DNA from: an uncultured Chloroflexia bacterium
GTDB lineage: Bacteria > Chloroflexota > Anaerolineae > JAAYZQ01
Length of the DNA: 64,000 nt
NCBI GenBank assembly: GCA_963700285.1
Contig: CAVOXA010000001.1
Location: forward strand, 1,312,001-1,376,000
Reading direction: 5' to 3'
Each line of letters starts with the position of its first letter. The stretch's first letter is position 1. This document shows positions 20,824 to 32,800 of this stretch, in pieces. The notes under the pieces were generated by a model. It was not told the origin of the DNA. It searched no databases and saw only the letters and a list, made by a program, of their open reading frames with translations. The translations under genes were made by a program, and so were the position numbers.

Positions 20824-23800
20824 GAAGACTCTCTCTCCTGGAGCATTTTCCGGACCTCTTCGGCTGGCATGCTCTCGAGGTTCCTGAGTATCTGGGCCAT
20901 CTTCTCGGTCTGGCCAAGTGTGGGCTCATGAGCGATGATAGCCTGCGCAAGCCCGGCAACGGTGGGCGCTTCAAAGATGGCTCGCAGAGGAACCTCTATC
21001 GGCAATGCCTGCCGTGCGCGGGAGATGACCTGTGTAGCCAGCAGCGAGTGCCCTCCGAGCTCGAAGAAGTTGTCATGAACGCCAACCTTTTCGACGCCCA
21101 AGACCCGTACCCAGATCCCAGCCAGTACTTCTTCGACCGGTGTACGGGGGGCAACGAACAGTTCCTCCAGCTCTCGCTTGAACCAGTCCGGGGCAGGAAG
21201 CGTACTGCGCGCTACTTTGCCACTGGGCGTCAGCGGCAAAGACTCGAGCATCACATAGGCTGCAGGCAGCATATACTCGGGTAGCCTTTCCTGGAGAAAG
21301 CTACGCAGGTCGGCAGGGACAAGGACCTGGTCTTCATCTGGGACCAGGTAGGCTACCAGCCGCTGGTCCCCCTGCATCCCCTCCCTGACCACGACCACTA
21401 CCTCTTGTACGCCTGGGTGTCGCCCTAACAACGTCTCGATCTCCCCCAGCTCAACCCGGAAGCCGCGGATCTTGACCTGGTAGTCACTGCGACCCAGGAA
21501 CTCGATGTTGCCATCGGGTAGGTAGCGGGCCAGGTCTCCGGTTTTGTACAGACGCAAGCCCGGCACGTCAGCGAAGGGGCTGGGAACGAACTTGTCAGCG
21601 GTCAAGTCCGGACGATTGAGGTAGCCCCGGGCCAGGCTGTCACCGCCAATGTAGAGGTTGCCGGTAACGCCAACCGGCACAGGTTGCTAGGTTGTTGTCC
21701 AGCAGGTAGATCTGGGTGTTGGCGATGGGCTGGCCAATGGAGGGGAGCGCGGGCCAGCCGGCCGGCGAATCCTCCAAGGTGAAGCCGGTCACCACGTGGG
21801 TCTCTGTGGGACCATACTGGTTGTGGAGTGTGCAGCCCTCCAGTCCGGCAAGAGCTCCACGATTGGTGGCGTGATCTGCAACTGCTCGGCCGTCGTCACA
21901 ATCTCGCCAAGACTGCTGGGCACCGTTCGCTGGCTGGCCGCTACCTCGGCCAACTGCTGCAGGGCAATGACCGGCAGGTTCATTCTCTGCACCGACTGCT
22001 CTGGAGATGAACTCCAAGAGGCCTGCTGCGTCCCGTCGCAGATTGCTCTGTCATCAGGACCAAAGTTCCCCCCGAAGCCCAACTCCAGAACATATCCACA
22101 AAGGAGGCATCGAAACTCAGAGGCGAGAACTGCAACATCCTGGTCCGTACCTGACAGCCTCGAATTCTGGACCTGCCATCGGATCAGATTGTAGAGAGGC
22201 CGGTGGTGCATGGCCACCCCTTTGGGCACCCCGGTAGAGCCTGAGGTGTAGAGCACGTAGGCCAGATTCTCACGCTGAGACCCCGCTGATCGGGGTTCTC
22301 TTCGCTTTCCTGGGCGATGGCTTGCCAATCTGTGTCCAGGCGAATGACCTTTGCTCGGTGCTCAGGCAGCGCGTGTAGCAGTCGCTCTTGAGTCAACAGC
22401 ACCGGTACCCGGGAATCCTGCAACATGAATGCCAGCCGCTGCTGTGGAAGGGACAGATCCAGCGGCACATATGCCCCACCAGCCTTCAGAATGCCCAGCA
22501 CGCCGACTACCATATCTAGCGAACGCTCTACACAGATTCCCACCAGTGTCTCGGGCCCAACGTCGTGCTTGTGCAGATAATGCGCTAGCTGGTTGGCCCG
22601 GGCGTTGAGATCGCCATACGTCAATGATTGGCCCTCGAACAGCGCCGCCAGGGCGCCAGGGGTTCGCTCCATCTGATTCTCGAAGAGATGGTGGACACAT
22701 GGTACCTCAGAGTACCCTGCCTGCGTGCTGTTCCACTCTACAAGTAGCTGACGGCACTCGGCTCCAGTTAGGAGTGGCAACACTGAGATGGGCAGATCTG
22801 GGTCGTCTACAATCCCTTCCAGTAAGGTCTGGAGATGCCCGAGCATTCGCCTCACCGTGGCTGATTCAAACAGGTCGGTATTGTATTCTAGGGTGGCCCC
22901 GAGCTCTCCTTTCTCCTCCCTTGCGAACAGGGTCAGTTCGAACTTGGCAGTTCCACTGTCGACCTCCAGAGGCTCCAATGATAGCCCGCAGAAGTCCATG
23001 GCCTGCCCCTCGGCGGGCTCCAGGAGGAGGAACATCACTTGAAATAGTGGGGAGTGACTGAGATTCCGTTCGGGGACCAATTCCGCAACCAACCTCTCGA
23101 AGGGCAGATCCTGGTGCGCATAGCTCTCCAAGGCTACCTGCCGCACTCGGCCCAATGCCTCCCGGAAGGTGGGATTGCCCGACATGTCCGTGCGCAGTAC
23201 TAGCGTGTTCACAAAGAAGCCAATCAGCTCTTCCACCTCATTCCGATTTCGGTTGGCGACGGGAGAGCCCACCACGATGTCTTCCGCACCGGTGTAGCGA
23301 AACAACAAGACCTTGAACGCTGCCAACAAAGTCATGAACAGCGTTGCATCCTCGTGGCGGCTCAGGGCTTTGAGCCTCCGTAGCTGAGGAGCTGAAAGCA
23401 GCCGCCGGGATTCGTACGCACCTCTATGGGTCTGTCTTGCCGGTCGAGGGTGATCGGTTGGCATACCTATTGAAGCCGGAGTGCCAGCCAGTTTCTCCTT
23501 CCAATAGGAAAGCTGGTCCTCCAGGGTTTTTCCCGCCAGCCACTCTCGCTGCCATACCGCATAGTCGGCGTACTGGACTGGGAGTACTCCAAGCCGGGAC
23601 GGGGTACCGGTTCTGTACGCCTCATAGAACGAGGACAGTTCGTGGAGCATGACCCCCGTTGACCATTCGTCGCTGACAATATGGTGCATGTTCAGCAGCA
23701 GGAGGTGCTCCGTACTGCTCATTCGTATCAACCTGCCTCGGACGAGCGGGCCGGTGGCCAAGTTAAAGGGCTGCTTCGCCTCCTCGCGCAATAGCCGCCA

Positions 23801-24292
23801 TCCCTCTGCCTCCCGCTCTGTCTCTGGCAAAACCCCTAGATCCACCACTGGCAGGGCTAGGGGCATGGCAGGGGCTATGACTTGGTATGGAATTCCCTCG
23901 ACGGCAGAAAAGGTCGTGCGCAGGACCTCGTGGCGTTCGATGATCGCATTGAGACTCTGTTCCAGCACGAGCGCATCAAGCGCACCGGTCACGCGAAAGG
24001 CCGAGGGGACGTTGTAAAGAGGACTGTCTGGCTCGAACTGGTCCAGGAACCACAAACGCGCTTGCGCGAAAGACAACGGCAAGTTCCCTTGTCGAAAGGT
24101 GGGAAGCAGTGGCGCCTGGCTGGCCTCGACGTCGCGCAAGAATGCCAGGATCTCGATCTTGCGCTCGGCTAGCTCTTTTCGCAGGGCAGGCGTCAGTGCA
24201 CCCCGCGGCGCACGAAAGCCCAGTTGGTCACCTTCTGCCCACACCCTGATATTCTGGCTGCGAAGAAGCGTGAGGAACTCCAGGGCCGTCAT
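20820..24292 (-). CDS. NRPS-2: TubC-type N-terminal docking domain-C-A-T (frameshifts ~21.7-22.3 kb)
   Basis: [92 protein letters not shown]. Confidence 0.9.
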
Positions 24293-27200
24293 AACCGTCC
24301 CTCCTCGAGTCCGCTGCCGGCATCACCGAGCGGGCCTGGCTGGCCTTGAGTCACCCACTGGATGGTCTCGATCGACTCAGCGAGGCTGGCAACCGTCGCT
24401 GTCTCAAAAAGGCTGCGGAGGGGCAATTCCACTTGAAAGGCCTCGCGTACACGAGATACTACCTGCGTGGCCAGCAAGGAGTGGCCCCCCAATTCGAAAA
24501 AGTCATCCTGCACGCCGATGGGTCTCAGGCCAAGAACCTCAGCCCAAATACCGGCCAGCCTTTCCTCGACAGGCGTACGCGGTGCGATGTAGGGCTCCTC
24601 CAACTCCGGGCGGCCCTGACCTGGCGCTGGCAGCCCCTGGCGGTCTATCTTGCCATTCGGTGTCAAAGGTAAGGCTCTGAGCCTCACAAATGACGAGGGA
24701 ATCATATAGTCAGGCAATTGCTGTGCCAGGAAACGGCGCAGTTGTGGCACCAGCTTGGCGGTCTGTGTTTCCTGCAATGGGGTGCTTGCAAAGCTGTGCC
24801 AGTCTTGCTCTTGAGCCTGCGAAGACTGGCAGCTTGGAAAGGCTACCCAGGGTGTCTTCATTGTCCCCTGCTGGCGCCTGCGGAACAATATGTCAAAGCA
24901 GCCTTCTGCCCCAGCGCCCGACCAGCCTATATCGACTTCATAGGGTAATTCGTTGCCCAGGCACCATAGAGACTCAGGGTCTATGCCTGTCTGGGGTAGC
25001 TCGGTCAGCCTGTCCCGCAGGGTACCTGCCTGATTGGGTGGGATCTCGCCGTGCAGCCAGGCCAGACTCTGTAGATCTGGCCCCAATCGTGCGTTGGGAA
25101 CGTGTCTAAGGCCGATCGCCTCTGGGTTCTTGTCCAAGAGCAATTGGTGCAGATCGGGCACAATCAAAGTGCTCTGATCCCAATCCAACCACTCCACCTC
25201 TACGCTGCGAGAAGCTTCGGCCTCAATGTGGAGCAGCACATCGTAGCGGAACTTGGTCTGTTCGTTTGCGTATCGGCCCCGCTGGTGCAAGATCTCGACG
25301 TGGCTGATTCGGGGCAGGCGCTGTGGGAGGGCGACGAAAAGGGCTGGGTCAAGCACCAACTGCTCCTCACGCTCCACCTGTCTCCTCACACGTTGCTGCA
25401 GCGTCTGTCGGGATACAGAAGGTGAGGCTCTATGCAGTTGCACCGAAGTGTGGAAGGTCTCCAGCAGTGGCAGGCTGCGTACGTCGCCTACAAAGACAAA
25501 GCCCCCGGGTGCGGTGGCCGCCACTGCATCGTCGAGGACACGCAAGAGGTAGCTCAGGCTGGGAAAGTACTGGACGACAGAACTCAGAAGGACAGCATCG
25601 AAGGCATGCGGCTCAATGCCCGTAAAGTCATCTGCTGGGCGATGGTCGAGAGTCAGATGAGGCAGGGACATCGCAATCCGGTCCACCTGTTCCTGTATAT
25701 AGTTCACAGCCACGGAGGAAAGGTCTGTTCCCCAGTAGTCGGTGCTTTCGGGGGCAAGCCTGAACAACAGCAGCCCTGTGCCGCAACCGATTTCAAGGAT
25801 CCGTTGGGGGCGTAGTGACTTTATTCGGGTCACTGTCTGTTCCACCCACTCGCGCACTTGTTCTGCAGGGACGGGCAGGCCGGTGTAGCTGCTGTTCCAT
25901 CCGCTGATATTGAAGGTGGGGTCTGCCTGAAGCGAGTCTTGCTCGTAGGCGTCATCGTACACGGTCTGCCAGTGGGATAGGTGGTCGGTCTGCGCAAACG
26001 GCTCCGGATCTGCCGAGTCCGCGGACTCGGCACGCTGAGTGAAATAGGCCGCCAACCGCTTGTCACCGTTGGTCTCCTCTCTGGCAATCACAACGGCCTC
26101 ACGCACCAACGGGTGCTGTGCCAGGGCGGCCTCGATTTCGCCCAGTTCGATGCGGAAGCCACGTATCTTGACCTGATGATCGGAACGGCCCAAGAATTCG
26201 ACATCGCCGTTGGGCCGCTGGCGAGCCAGGTCGCCAGTTTCGTAGAGCCGTGCCCCGCGCCGGCCGCTGAAGGGATCGGGAATGAACTTTTCCGCCGTGA
26301 GCCCGGGACGGTTGAGATAGCCCCACGACAGGCCATCCCCACCGATATAGAACTGGCCAGGTTCCCCGATAGGTACCGGCTGGAAGGAGGAGTCCAGAAT
26401 GTAGACCTGCGTGTTGGCAATGGGCTGCCCAATCGGCACGGGGCCTTCACCGGCGCGCACACGTTTCACGGTGGACCAGATTGTGGTTTCTGTGGGCCCG
26501 TACAGGTTCCACACCTCTGCGCTGCGCTGCAACAGTTGGTCGGCCAGGTTGCGGGGCAATGCTTCCCCTCCACAGAGGATCCTTAACTGGGAAGATCCCC
26601 CCCATCCTGATTCCAGCAACATGCGCCAGGTCGCGGGGGTTGCCTGCATCACGGTCGCTCCGGACGCGTCCAGCGTGTGCGCCAGCCGGCTGGGGTCAGT
26701 GCTCGTCTCTCGGCTGGCCAGTACCAGCCGGGCGCCCACGCTTAGGGGCAGGAATAGCTCCAGGGCCGCAATATCGAAGGACAGGGTAGTCACGGCCAGA
26801 AGCGTGTCCCCCTGAGCCAGGCCAGGTTTGCAGCGCATGGAATTCAAAAAGTTGACCACGGCACAGTGAGGAATCTGGACGCCTTTCGGCTGCCCCGTGG
26901 AACCAGAAGTATGGATCACGTAGGCCAAGCTCATGGGCGATGCCGCGCTCGGCAAGTTCTGGGTGCTTTGTCCAGAGACCATCTGCCAGTCTCCATCCAG
27001 GCACATTTTGTGGGCCTGATGCTTGGGCAGCGCAGAAAGGAGGCGCTGGTGAGTCAACAGTACTGGCACCTGGGCGTCCATCAGCATGAAAGCCAACCGT
27101 TCCCCAGGGAAAGCCGGATCCAGAGGTACATAGGCGCCACCCGCCTTGAGAACACCCAGCAGACCCACCATCATGTCTAGTGAGCGCTCCAGGCATACGC

Positions 27201-27441
27201 CTACCAAGACCTCTGGCCCTACGTCCAAAGTCCCAAGATAGTGAGCCAGTTGGTTGGCTCGTGCGTTCAGCTCGTGGTAGGTAAGTTGCTGGTCCTCAAA
27301 CACTACTGCCGTTGCACCCGGTGTCCGCTCCGCTTGGGCTTCGAAAAGTTGATGGATACACAGATCCCGTGGCCGGCCGGCCCTGCAAGCGTTCCGGTCC
27401 ACCGGTTGCAGAGATCCCTCTGCAAGGTGTCGTTTTCTCAA
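24289..27441 (-). CDS. NRPS-1: starter A(Gly) with embedded N-methyltransferase, plus T
   Basis: Likely TTG start after AGGAGG. A-domain code read as DILQLGLIWK. MT insert between A8 and A9 ([22 protein letters not shown]). [10 protein letters not shown]; C-terminus LEEGRL. Confidence 0.92.
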   Translation of the reverse strand: MRKRHLAEGSLQPVDRNACRAGRPRDLCIHQLFEAQAERTPGATAVVFEDQQLTYHELNARANQLAHYLGTLDVGPEVLVGVCLERSLDMMVGLLGVLKAGGAYVPLDPAFPGERLAFMLMDAQVPVLLTHQRLLSALPKHQAHKMCLDGDWQMVSGQSTQNLPSAASPMSLAYVIHTSGSTGQPKGVQIPHCAVVNFLNSMRCKPGLAQGDTLLAVTTLSFDIAALELFLPLSVGARLVLASRETSTDPSRLAHTLDASGATVMQATPATWRMLLESGWGGSSQLRILCGGEALPRNLADQLLQRSAEVWNLYGPTETTIWSTVKRVRAGEGPVPIGQPIANTQVYILDSSFQPVPIGEPGQFYIGGDGLSWGYLNRPGLTAEKFIPDPFSGRRGARLYETGDLARQRPNGDVEFLGRSDHQVKIRGFRIELGEIEAALAQHPLVREAVVIAREETNGDKRLAAYFTQRAESADSADPEPFAQTDHLSHWQTVYDDAYEQDSLQADPTFNISGWNSSYTGLPVPAEQVREWVEQTVTRIKSLRPQRILEIGCGTGLLLFRLAPESTDYWGTDLSSVAVNYIQEQVDRIAMSLPHLTLDHRPADDFTGIEPHAFDAVLLSSVVQYFPSLSYLLRVLDDAVAATAPGGFVFVGDVRSLPLLETFHTSVQLHRASPSVSRQTLQQRVRRQVEREEQLVLDPALFVALPQRLPRISHVEILHQRGRYANEQTKFRYDVLLHIEAEASRSVEVEWLDWDQSTLIVPDLHQLLLDKNPEAIGLRHVPNARLGPDLQSLAWLHGEIPPNQAGTLRDRLTELPQTGIDPESLWCLGNELPYEVDIGWSGAGAEGCFDILFRRRQQGTMKTPWVAFPSCQSSQAQEQDWHSFASTPLQETQTAKLVPQLRRFLAQQLPDYMIPSSFVRLRALPLTPNGKIDRQGLPAPGQGRPELEEPYIAPRTPVEERLAGIWAEVLGLRPIGVQDDFFELGGHSLLATQVVSRVREAFQVELPLRSLFETATVASLAESIETIQWVTQGQPGPLGDAGSGLEEGRL

Positions 27442-27729
27442 GGCCTGGAATCCTCCTGGCGTGCTATCTACCGTTCTCCGCCGACGCGGTCTGTAAGATG
27501 CCCGGCAAGAAAGCGCTGCCCTGGTGCGTGGTATCACCGGCTCCCGTCTCATGTCAGTAGTCCTGCCACGGAGTGACCGCCGACTGCTGGCTCAGGTAGG
27601 ATAGCGATGGACTGTGCATCCCATTCCTGGCTGGTGCCAGCTCGCTGATATTCACCTGTGACAGGCTGAACTAGTCCATGGCCCGGATCTGTCTGCGCTC
27701 CTCTAGGCGATGGACGCATAAAGTCCCCT

Positions 27730-28779
27730 CTACGACGCAGCCATTGTACCCTCAAGACACGTATCCTTCAAGTATAGGCTCTTGCCGTGCCGCCCGGCCT
27801 CTACCAAGTGCTGGGCCAACGTAACCGCCCAAAGTCCGTCTTCCCCACTGACCGGGAAGGGCTCGTCACTCACGATAGAGCGGACAAAGGATTCCAGCTC
27901 AACCTGAAGCGGTTCGCGACGGGCAATGGGATAGCGGATCATCCGGCCTTCGGCAACCCCGCGGAATACCTGGAGGCTCTCCCAGTCGCCGTCCCGGTAG
28001 CTGTTCTCGTAGAAGTAGAGGTCCTGGGTGAGATAGTTGACCACAAACATGCCTCGTTGGCCGCTGACTGTCAGCTCGCGGATCTTGGTCGGACTCAGCC
28101 AGTTGACGTTTAGCAGGCCGATGACGCCACTGTCGAAACGCAACAAACCGCAGAGCATGTCTTCTTGCGGCCGATCCAATGCCCGGGTGATCTCGGCCGA
28201 GACGCGCGTCACCTCGGCGCCAGTTAGGTGTCGCATTACGTCCAGATCGTGGGTGGCCAGGTCCAGGACGACACCCACATCCCGGATACGGGGGGGAAAG
28301 CCACTGATGCGCTGGACGCTGATCTGAAACATCCGTCCCAACTCACCCAGGGCAAGATGTTCCTTCAGGGCCATGACTGCCGGGTTGAAGCGTTCCACGT
28401 GCCCGACGCCCAGAACCACACCCTGAGCCCGGGCCTGGGCGATCAGCTTGCTGGCATTGTCAGTACTCAACGCAAGCGGCTTTTCCACCAGGACGTGGAT
28501 ACCGTGCTCAATGAGAGCGCTGGCCACAGGGTAGTGCTCCTGTGTAGGTACGGCGACTATGGCAAAGTCCAGATCTTGGGCGTGCAGGAGCGTGCGACAA
28601 TCGGCATAACCCTGCGTTTGGTAGCGCGCTGCTGCTTGCGCGCGGATGGTTGGGTCTTGATCAACCACGCCGGCCAGGCTCACACCATCTGTTTCGGCGC
28701 AGAGGCGTGCATGGTGCCTGCCCATCGCGCCCACGCCGATGACAGCTGCCCGCAATGGTCCTGTTCTGGTGTCTCTCAT
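27730..28779 (-). CDS. Gfo/Idh/MocA oxidoreductase, WbpB/WlbA-like UDP-sugar 3-dehydrogenase
   Basis: AVIGVGAMGRHH, HVLVEKP, VGHVERFNP, RIRDVGVVLDLATHDLD. Confidence 0.85.
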   Translation of the reverse strand: MRDTRTGPLRAAVIGVGAMGRHHARLCAETDGVSLAGVVDQDPTIRAQAAARYQTQGYADCRTLLHAQDLDFAIVAVPTQEHYPVASALIEHGIHVLVEKPLALSTDNASKLIAQARAQGVVLGVGHVERFNPAVMALKEHLALGELGRMFQISVQRISGFPPRIRDVGVVLDLATHDLDVMRHLTGAEVTRVSAEITRALDRPQEDMLCGLLRFDSGVIGLLNVNWLSPTKIRELTVSGQRGMFVVNYLTQDLYFYENSYRDGDWESLQVFRGVAEGRMIRYPIARREPLQVELESFVRSIVSDEPFPVSGEDGLWAVTLAQHLVEAGRHGKSLYLKDTCLEGTMAAS

Positions 28780-28816
28780 GGGTTCCCATGCCTCCCTTGA
28801 CGAGGTCCTGTCCCGT

Positions 28817-29461
28817 TCAGATGGGGTGGAGATCGCGCTCTCCGGTAGGTCGCTGCTCGGGTCCGGAAAGGTCCGGCGCAGGGTCTCTGGCAAAATCGTA
28901 CCGCTGCTGACAGATGGAACACCATAGGCCTCTATCCGTTGCGGGTTCTAGCCGCCGGCCACAGCGACAAACATAGCCGGCGAGACGTGCCGGCTGGCCG
29001 ACCACCAGGGCATGGTCTGGCACGTCGTGCGTGACGACTGCGCCCGCACCTACCATCGCAAAACGCCCAATGCTCACTCCTGGCAGCAGGATGGCCCCGG
29101 CCCCAACCGAGGCGCCATAGCGTACGGTGATGGGCCCAACCTGCCAGTCATCGTCGCCCTTGAGCAGGCCATCCGGCGTGATCGCCCGTGGGAGCCTGTC
29201 GTTGGTCAGGCAGGCACGGGGTCCGATGAACACACCGTCCTCGAGTGTGGCCCCATGATAGATCAGCGCATAATTCTGGATCTTGACCTTGTTTCCTATC
29301 TTCACGTCAAAGTCGATGTAGGCGCCCTTGCCGACGATACAGTCGCGGCCCAAGCATGCGCCCTCCCGCACCTGGGCCTGGTGCCAGATGCGCGTGCCAG
29401 CGCCAAGCTCAGCCTGCGGCGAGACCTCGGCTGTGGGATGGATGCGAATGTCCGGAATCAT
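28817..29461 (-). CDS. Hexapeptide-repeat N-acetyltransferase, WbpD/WlbB-like
   Basis: IHPTAEV, IGNKVKIQN, FIGPRACLTND..PRA, VGAGAVVTHDVP, C-terminal CRCG..CSIC zinc-ribbon-like motif. Confidence 0.88.
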   Translation of the reverse strand: MIPDIRIHPTAEVSPQAELGAGTRIWHQAQVREGACLGRDCIVGKGAYIDFDVKIGNKVKIQNYALIYHGATLEDGVFIGPRACLTNDRLPRAITPDGLLKGDDDWQVGPITVRYGASVGAGAILLPGVSIGRFAMVGAGAVVTHDVPDHALVVGQPARLAGYVCRCGRRLEPATDRGLWCSICQQRYDFARDPAPDLSGPEQRPTGERDLHPI

Positions 29462-29709
29462 GCCGTTTCCCTTTCTTCTGCTGCTTGATGCCGTAGAGAG
29501 GATCGGAAGCATTGACCTGGGCGCCGAATGATTCCGTAGACCCGCGCCAAAAAGACCCCTCATGGAGGCCAACCGGCCAGTCCCTGGGGCAACCTAGCCT
29601 CTTCTATAATACCTTTGGAACCCCCAAAAGGATACGGCCGGGATTGGATCTCGTTGACAAAGAGAGGAGGGCTTTCTCCAGGGCTTCTCTCCGATACCCG
29701 ATCCCGCAG

Positions 29710-29748
29710 CGCAAGAGGCCAGCCCGTACTCAGGGCTGGCCTCTTGCG
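29710..29748. terminator. 16-bp perfect hairpin downstream of the large secreted protein (terminator or mRNA stabiliser)
   Basis: CGCAAGAGGCCAGCCC-GTACTCA-GGGCTGGCCTCTTGCG; no clear U-tract. Confidence 0.55.
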
Positions 29749-29802
29749 GCGTTCCGAGGTCTTTAATCAGAGGTCAAGGCTGGATCATCTAGATAGACCG
29801 GG

Positions 29803-32800
29803 CTAGCGCGTACTCTGGATCGAGGGCAGATAGGCTGGATAGCGGATGACGCCCAGATCGATCTGGTGTGGCGTCGGTTCATTGGCCCATTGGAGGTCGA
29901 CGGACCCAGAGACAGGGGCCCCATTCACCCTGATGGTCAGCGGATCCCCTGCCTGGAAGCCGGGGCCTGGCATGTCTTTGGCGTCCTGGCCGTAGACGTG
30001 CATGTAGCCATAGTGCCCGGCGTGGCGGACGATGGAGCAGCCGGCCACGCTGCCCGAGGCATTGAGAACCTCGACGACCGTCCCTGCGGGCGCAGGGCTG
30101 GTGCCGATGGCGATCTCGCCATAGACCACGGCAAAGGTTGGCGTGGGAGACACGGTGCTGCAAGCGTCGCTGCTCGTCTGGTCGGGAATGGTCTGGCTTG
30201 CAGTTGCTCCCGCCGGGTAGATCAGGTCCACTGCCTCTGTGGCGCGGATAAGGTAGCCCTGCCCAGGCTCCATCTGCGTCAGCGTACTGTACAAGGGCTC
30301 TGCCGGATTGTAGGTTTTGTCGATGCTGTGGACCATCAAGTACTTGCCCTCGATGCTCTGCAGGGCCGTAGCGATGGGCAGGGGAGTCCCAGGCAAGTAG
30401 CCGGCCCAGTTCCAGTATTCGTGGAGCGGTAGCGGTGTGCTGGCTGCGACGGGAGCCCCCTCCACCCATAGATCGGCGCTGCTGCTTCCGCCCACGTGCA
30501 GGTAGTATGCCTGGCCTGCATGGAGTTCCTTCAGAGTATGGTACACCGGATCCAACTGGCAATCATAGACACCGCCTTCACCCACGACGCGGCAGGTTTG
30601 GCCTTCGATGGTACGCAGCGCTCCGTCGACCGCCGGGATCAGCGGTTCCAGCGGCCAGGAGGTCAGGTTCCAGCCAGGAGAGAGGCCGATCTGCACGACA
30701 GTCGATGACCCGGCCAGCCAATCCAGTGCCCGCTGCATGACCGCAGTTCTGTCCGCGGCGCTGTCAATTCCCTCAAAGCCAAAAGGCAGGTAGACGATTT
30801 TGTAGGCTCCGGTGTTGATGCGCAGGCCAGCAGTACCAGCGGGTGCCCCGTCATCGTAGGTGAAGGCAGGCCACGCCGGCCCAATGGGATCAACCTCGTC
30901 GGTGGACGACTGGTTGCCGGCCCCACTGCCCCCATCGATATCCAAGGCAAGCCCATCGCCGATGGGGTCGCCGGCGACCCCCAGCAGGTTCTGAATACCG
31001 GTGGAGTTCTGGACGTATGCGGCGTGGAGATATTCGTTGAGGAAGGCAGAGCCACGGGTCATGTAGGCTACGTCCTGACCGGAGATGAACAGCTTGCCAC
31101 CGCCGTCCAGGTAGGCCTGGAGGCTTGAGCGGACACCTCCGTCTTCAAGATAGCCGCTCGACCCCGGAACGGACCACATCACCAGGCCGTCCGTGTACTG
31201 GTTCAGGATGGAGCCGCCCGGCGCGCCCCGTATTCCGGTGTCCCACAGGTCGTAGGCTTGCCCCAGAGCGTCCAGGGCAGCAGTGTAGTAGGATACGTAG
31301 GGGTTGGAGCTGCCGGGATTGTCGTCAGCCACGAGCAGCGTGTCTGAGGTCTTGACAAATCCGCCGGACTCGTATTCGTACCGGCCGATGTCAAAGGCGG
31401 CGCCCTGGTATGACTGATCCAGGCCAAAATGAGACAAGAGGGCGGTCAAGGAGGCCGGTAGACCAGATGTTCCCCTGTCGATGGCGTTTGTACTCTGGGC
31501 GGTCAGGCGAAAATCGGGCCAGGAACCATCAAAGAGGTTGTGGTCACTCACGTTATATGCCTGAAAGTGAGGATCGCCCGCTACACCGTGGTCTTCCCAG
31601 GGGGTGCTGGCCTGGATCTCGGCCAGAGTCTCATGGTACTTGGTTGGAATCATTGTCCAGGTAGATGGCGCATTGCTACCTGGCGCATAGCAGGCCACCA
31701 CTCCTCATAGGGCCGCCATCCGTTGTTGAAGTATAGGTTGTGGTCAAAGGACAGGTTGCCATAGACCCCATCATTGTCGGTCATGAGGATGCCGTAGCCT
31801 TCGTTGTTCACCACAATGTTGTTGGACAACTGGGTGTTCATGCTGCCACCGTGTGTGTCGTAATCCGGACCATCTAGCCGGAAACCGAAGAGGGAATTCG
31901 CTGCGATGTTGTTGTAATAGACGATATCGCCGTCCCGCCAGACGCCGGCGAACGCATAGCCTGTATAGGCGTTGTTGTAGGCAATGTTGCGGTAGGCATG
32001 GATGTCGCTGGCCATGTCTACGTACAGGCCACAGCCACCCATCCCCTGGCACGTCGCTGCTGGCACCGCCCGACCAACGTCCTCTTTTCTCCGCAGACGT
32101 AGGTCCAGCCGAAGGTGTTGCGGAAAACGTTGCCGGTGACGAGTATATCTCTAAAGATGTGGCTGATCCGGCGGATCACCCCAGATCTTGAGCCCTCCAC
32201 AGTCGGCGGTAAGCTGACATGCCTTTTCAAATAGGTTGTCCTTGATCAGGATCTCGCCAGTCTTGATCTCGTCTGGATCAAAGTCGTACAGTTTGGGCGA
32301 TTGGATGATGGATTTGTTGAACTGTACACCGTTTTGGGCAACGTGATGGACGTGATTGCCCTCAAAGCGCAGCTTGTCAGCGTAGGGGAACAGCTGCGCC
32401 GTAGGCATTGTCACGGTCGCTGCGAAAGCCCAAGTGATGCAGTTCGTTGTTCTGGATCACCGTATTGACGATGCCCGAATGAGTGAACTGGCTGGGATTG
32501 GGTCGTCCTGGCCAGTTGGGGTCTAAACGGATGGCCAGTCCGAGTCCATGTGGGCGATCTCTGAGTCCTGGCAGCGTGAGAGCCGTGGGTGACGTTGGTA
32601 GCGACCGGGCCGGTGTCCTGGCTAAGATACACACCCTCATTGGCATAGCGCACAGCTACGTTGCGTACGAGTATTCGAGTAGGACTGTGCTCTTCCTGAT
32701 TCATCTGGTAGATGGCAGTGTCGTTAAAGAACTCCAGGGTCAGGCCATCCAGCGTCGTGTAGGAACGGTGGCTGAGGGTGAAACCAATGTCCCGTCGGGA

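Noticed and set aside
27549-27755. 68-aa ORF between the oxidoreductase and NRPS-1 as an MbtH-like protein or precursor peptide
   Set aside because: No MbtH signature (SLWP, PxGW, conserved Trp pattern) and no convincing RBS.
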